36,560 nucleotides of DNA, taken from contig JAPEUG010000149.1 of the NCBI GenBank assembly GCA_026025795.1, positions 1-36,560 on the forward strand. Direction: 5' to 3'. Numbering within the stretch: the first letter of the stretch is position 1; each line of letters starts with the position of its first letter. This DNA comes from Thelocarpon superellum. Its lineage: Eukaryota. Made by a program: the position numbers and the translations under genes. Of the stretch, positions 33,845-36,560 are shown in pieces. The notes below the pieces were generated by a model that was given only the letters and a program-made list of their open reading frames with translations, searched no databases and was not told where the DNA came from.

Positions 33845-36482
33845 TCACGACGGAGCAGCAGCAGCAGCAGCCGCGAGGGTGCTGTTCGTCTTTGACCAAC
33901 AAAACGCCGTAGGAGCCATGCGAACATCCCAAGTGGCGAAATCCAAGCCACTGCCGAGCACAGCGGGTTCGACCTCGCCCGCCAGACGGGACCGCACGTC
34001 CAGCAGCGCCTGTAGCCACTCTGCGTCGGCGACGTGGGCGCGTCTCATGCGGAGCTGGGCCTCCTGCTCTCGCTCGATCGCCTCGGCTCGCGAGGCGTAG
34101 ATGGTGCGTCGTGCGCTGGCCAGCTCCTCGTCTTGCTGCGCCAGCGTCGTGCGGAGCTCCGTGGCGTGTTGCGTCGTCAGCGCCTCCTTCTCTTCCACCT
34201 GCGCCACGTGTACCTTGTCCATGGCGGCGCGCTCGCGCGCTTCGCGGTTCGGTTTGCCTCGTAGATGCGTCCGGATGCCAATGTACGCGTCGTCTTCTTC
34301 CTCTTCGTGCCGCTGCGCTTGGGCGTCGCGCTCGTCCTGGTGGCGTTTGTGCAGCTCGGCGAGGGTGCGGGTCTTGCTCTCTTCCAGGCTGGTGGTCGTC
34401 GTGTCCAAGGTGGTGGCGTGGTGCGCGGCCGAGCGCGCTTGCGTCTCCGAGAACGTTTTGAGCTCCTCGGCGTGTCGTGCCCGGAGGCATTGCTGCTGCG
34501 TCTTGTGCAGGACGAGGAGGTCGATGCGGAGCTGCGCGATGCAATGTCGGAGCGCCGTGAGTCGCACTTCGTCCTGTCGCGCTGCCGCCGCTCGTTCCTC
34601 TGCTCGACGGGCATCCTCCAGCGCCGCTCGGGCTTGTTCACGTCGGACCGCTTCTCGTGCTTCCCTTCGCTCCTGCTCCTCGACGGCCGCGATCGCCTCC
34701 GCTGTCTCTCGCTCTTCCTGCGTCCGCGCCATCTGCAGCTGGTGGAGCTCCTGCTCCCGCTGGGCCCGGTCCGTCTCCGTGCATCCGCACGTCCGCCATT
34801 GCGAGCCACATACGTAGCAGAACTCCGCCTTGCATTTGCAGGTAATATGTCGACATCCCGCAGTCAACTCCACCATCGCGTGGCATTGGTAGCATCGCTG
34901 CCAGCCGTTCCGATTAGACTCTTCCAGCGTCGCCTCCAGCCCGAAGTCTTGCGGACAGTCCTCTCCCGGGTCGTGCGGACCCCCGCGACATATCTTGCAC
35001 GTGCGCCAGCCGCAGCTGGGACATATGACGGTCGAAGCGTCCGTATACGCATCCGAGATATTGATCCATTTGGCACAGCTGGTGTTGGCGCAATACCACC
35101 TTTCTCCCGCCGGCACTGCGTATTCGGCCACCTTGCCCTTGTACGTTGCCTTTTGCTCCTTGGTCATGTGGGCCTCGAGCAGTTTGATGGGAATGTCTTG
35201 CAGACAGCATCGGGCCGGAAAGCAGCTCTCGTCCGTCATGGAGGCGCTAGGCGGATGTTAGCCGGGATGACGCAGCCCTCTCCTCCATACGGACCTGATC
35301 AACTGTGAAAAGCAATGCTCGCAATACTTGTGCTGACATGCAAGTGGGATCAGTTTGCGCTTCTTCAAATCATCTAGACACGATGCGCATTCCCTAGAAA
35401 AGGGCGGGATAATCAGCCAATGGTCGCATGACAATCCCGGTCAGTCCATCAACCTACCCCGCCCCTTTTCTATCGCGGAAAAATTGCTTGATCTTCTTGC
35501 CGTACGGTGACTCCAACTTCGGCGGCACATATCGCTCGCCTGTGTACCCTCCTGTCTGACCGAGGGGTCCATAGAGCGTTGAGAAGGCCATGGGGCCTGC
35601 CACGAAGGCCTGTTTGGTCGACCGCGACGGACTCTTCGATTTGATGGAGTCGGCGGTGAGGCTAGTGTTGGAGGACCGCGACGAAAGCGAGAGGAGAGAT
35701 AGTCGATGCATGTCGTTTCGGCTTCCCGTCGAGCTTGTCCCCTGTGTAATCGCCGATCCCACGGATTGCACCCGTTCGTTGCCTGGACGCTCAGCGACCT
35801 TCGTCGTCTCCCGCGTCAGCGGCTCGGTGATCACGACGGACACATTTCGAGTCACAGGTTCTAGCGTCGAGTACGACTCGGGCACTTGAGCGGGAGCTAT
35901 CGACGCATCTTGCGCCGCCGCCGCTCGACCCGTAGGTAGCTCCGCCGGCTGGACCGGCCCATCCCAGATTCGCAACAGGGACTGTTTCACGATGCGCGAG
36001 ACGGTGGCCGAGGCTCCGGCGGGAAGCTGCTCTGCTTCCTGAGGGTAGGGAAAGTTTTGCCATCGGACCGTTCCAATATCGATTGAATCTTGGCCGTGGA
36101 GCTCGCCGATCGTAGGATCCTCTCCTGGCAGTGACGGCGGAGTCTTCGAGTGGCGCTTGGACGGTTCTGTGTCCCCCAATTCCACGGCTGCGGTCTGGTC
36201 CCTAGATGGTTCCGTGTCCCCCAGTTCCACGGCTTCGGGGGCGTCTGCCTTTCTCGGTACTTCAGCTGGGGCGTCACGGTCTTCGCCCGAGGACGCCTCT
36301 AGCTCAGCAATCACGACATCGAGACTCGGCACTGGAGCTGGACCGGGCGGCTGCGGCTGACGCTGTTGATCCTGGCTTAGCTGCAGCGACGACGCATCGT
36401 CGCCGTGGGGGAACGGGCCTTCAGAGTGGGCGAATGCCTCGTGTGATAGCGGACGAGGAGGGAGGGTTGGGGTCTGCAACAT
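33845..36482 (-). CDS. RBR-type (RING1-IBR-RING2) E3 ubiquitin ligase with disordered N-terminus and C-terminal coiled coil, ~841 aa; complement(join(33845..35246,35295..35393,35458..36482))
   Basis: RING1 ECASC...CQHKYCEHC...PARCC is partly in a 99-nt exon absent from the ORF track. IBR is YCANTSC...CPSC...CKIC...H...C. RING2 is RCYQC...GCRHITCKC...FCYVC. An E/R/Q/A-rich helix follows. The start codon is near the window edge and less certain. Confidence 0.9.
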
Positions 36483-36560
36483 CGGGGTCCGTGGGCAGGT
36501 GTGTCAGTGGGTTGTCCTCTTCGTGAGCATAACACTCGCGCTAGCAGCCCACTGAGACGA

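Overview
Eukaryotic, GC-rich DNA from a filamentous ascomycete (Pezizomycotina-like: short GT-AG introns with CTRAC/CTAAC-type branch sites). All exon-intron models below were built by hand and give intact reading frames. There are nine conventional genes: an uncharacterised fungal protein (DUF8004-like, +), FAT1 fatty-acid transport/acyl-CoA synthetase (-), a PAP2/DPP1-type lipid phosphate phosphatase (+), GPI transamidase subunit GPI17/PIG-S (-), Prs1-type PRPP synthetase (+), VIP1 inositol-pyrophosphate kinase/phosphatase (-), UTP21 (+), inositol monophosphatase (+) and an RBR (RING-IBR-RING) E3 ligase (-). The most notable item lies in the apparently empty 7 kb between PRS1 and VIP1 and is missing from the supplied ORF track. 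It is a 54-codon minus-strand gene (18283-18447) for a Cys/His-rich, probably two-zinc microprotein, with strong start context and codon bias. It has a predicted 5'-UTR intron and a predicted 3'-UTR intron 60 nt past the stop, a layout that could make the mRNA an NMD target. No rRNA, tRNA, CRISPR array or intact transposon was found.
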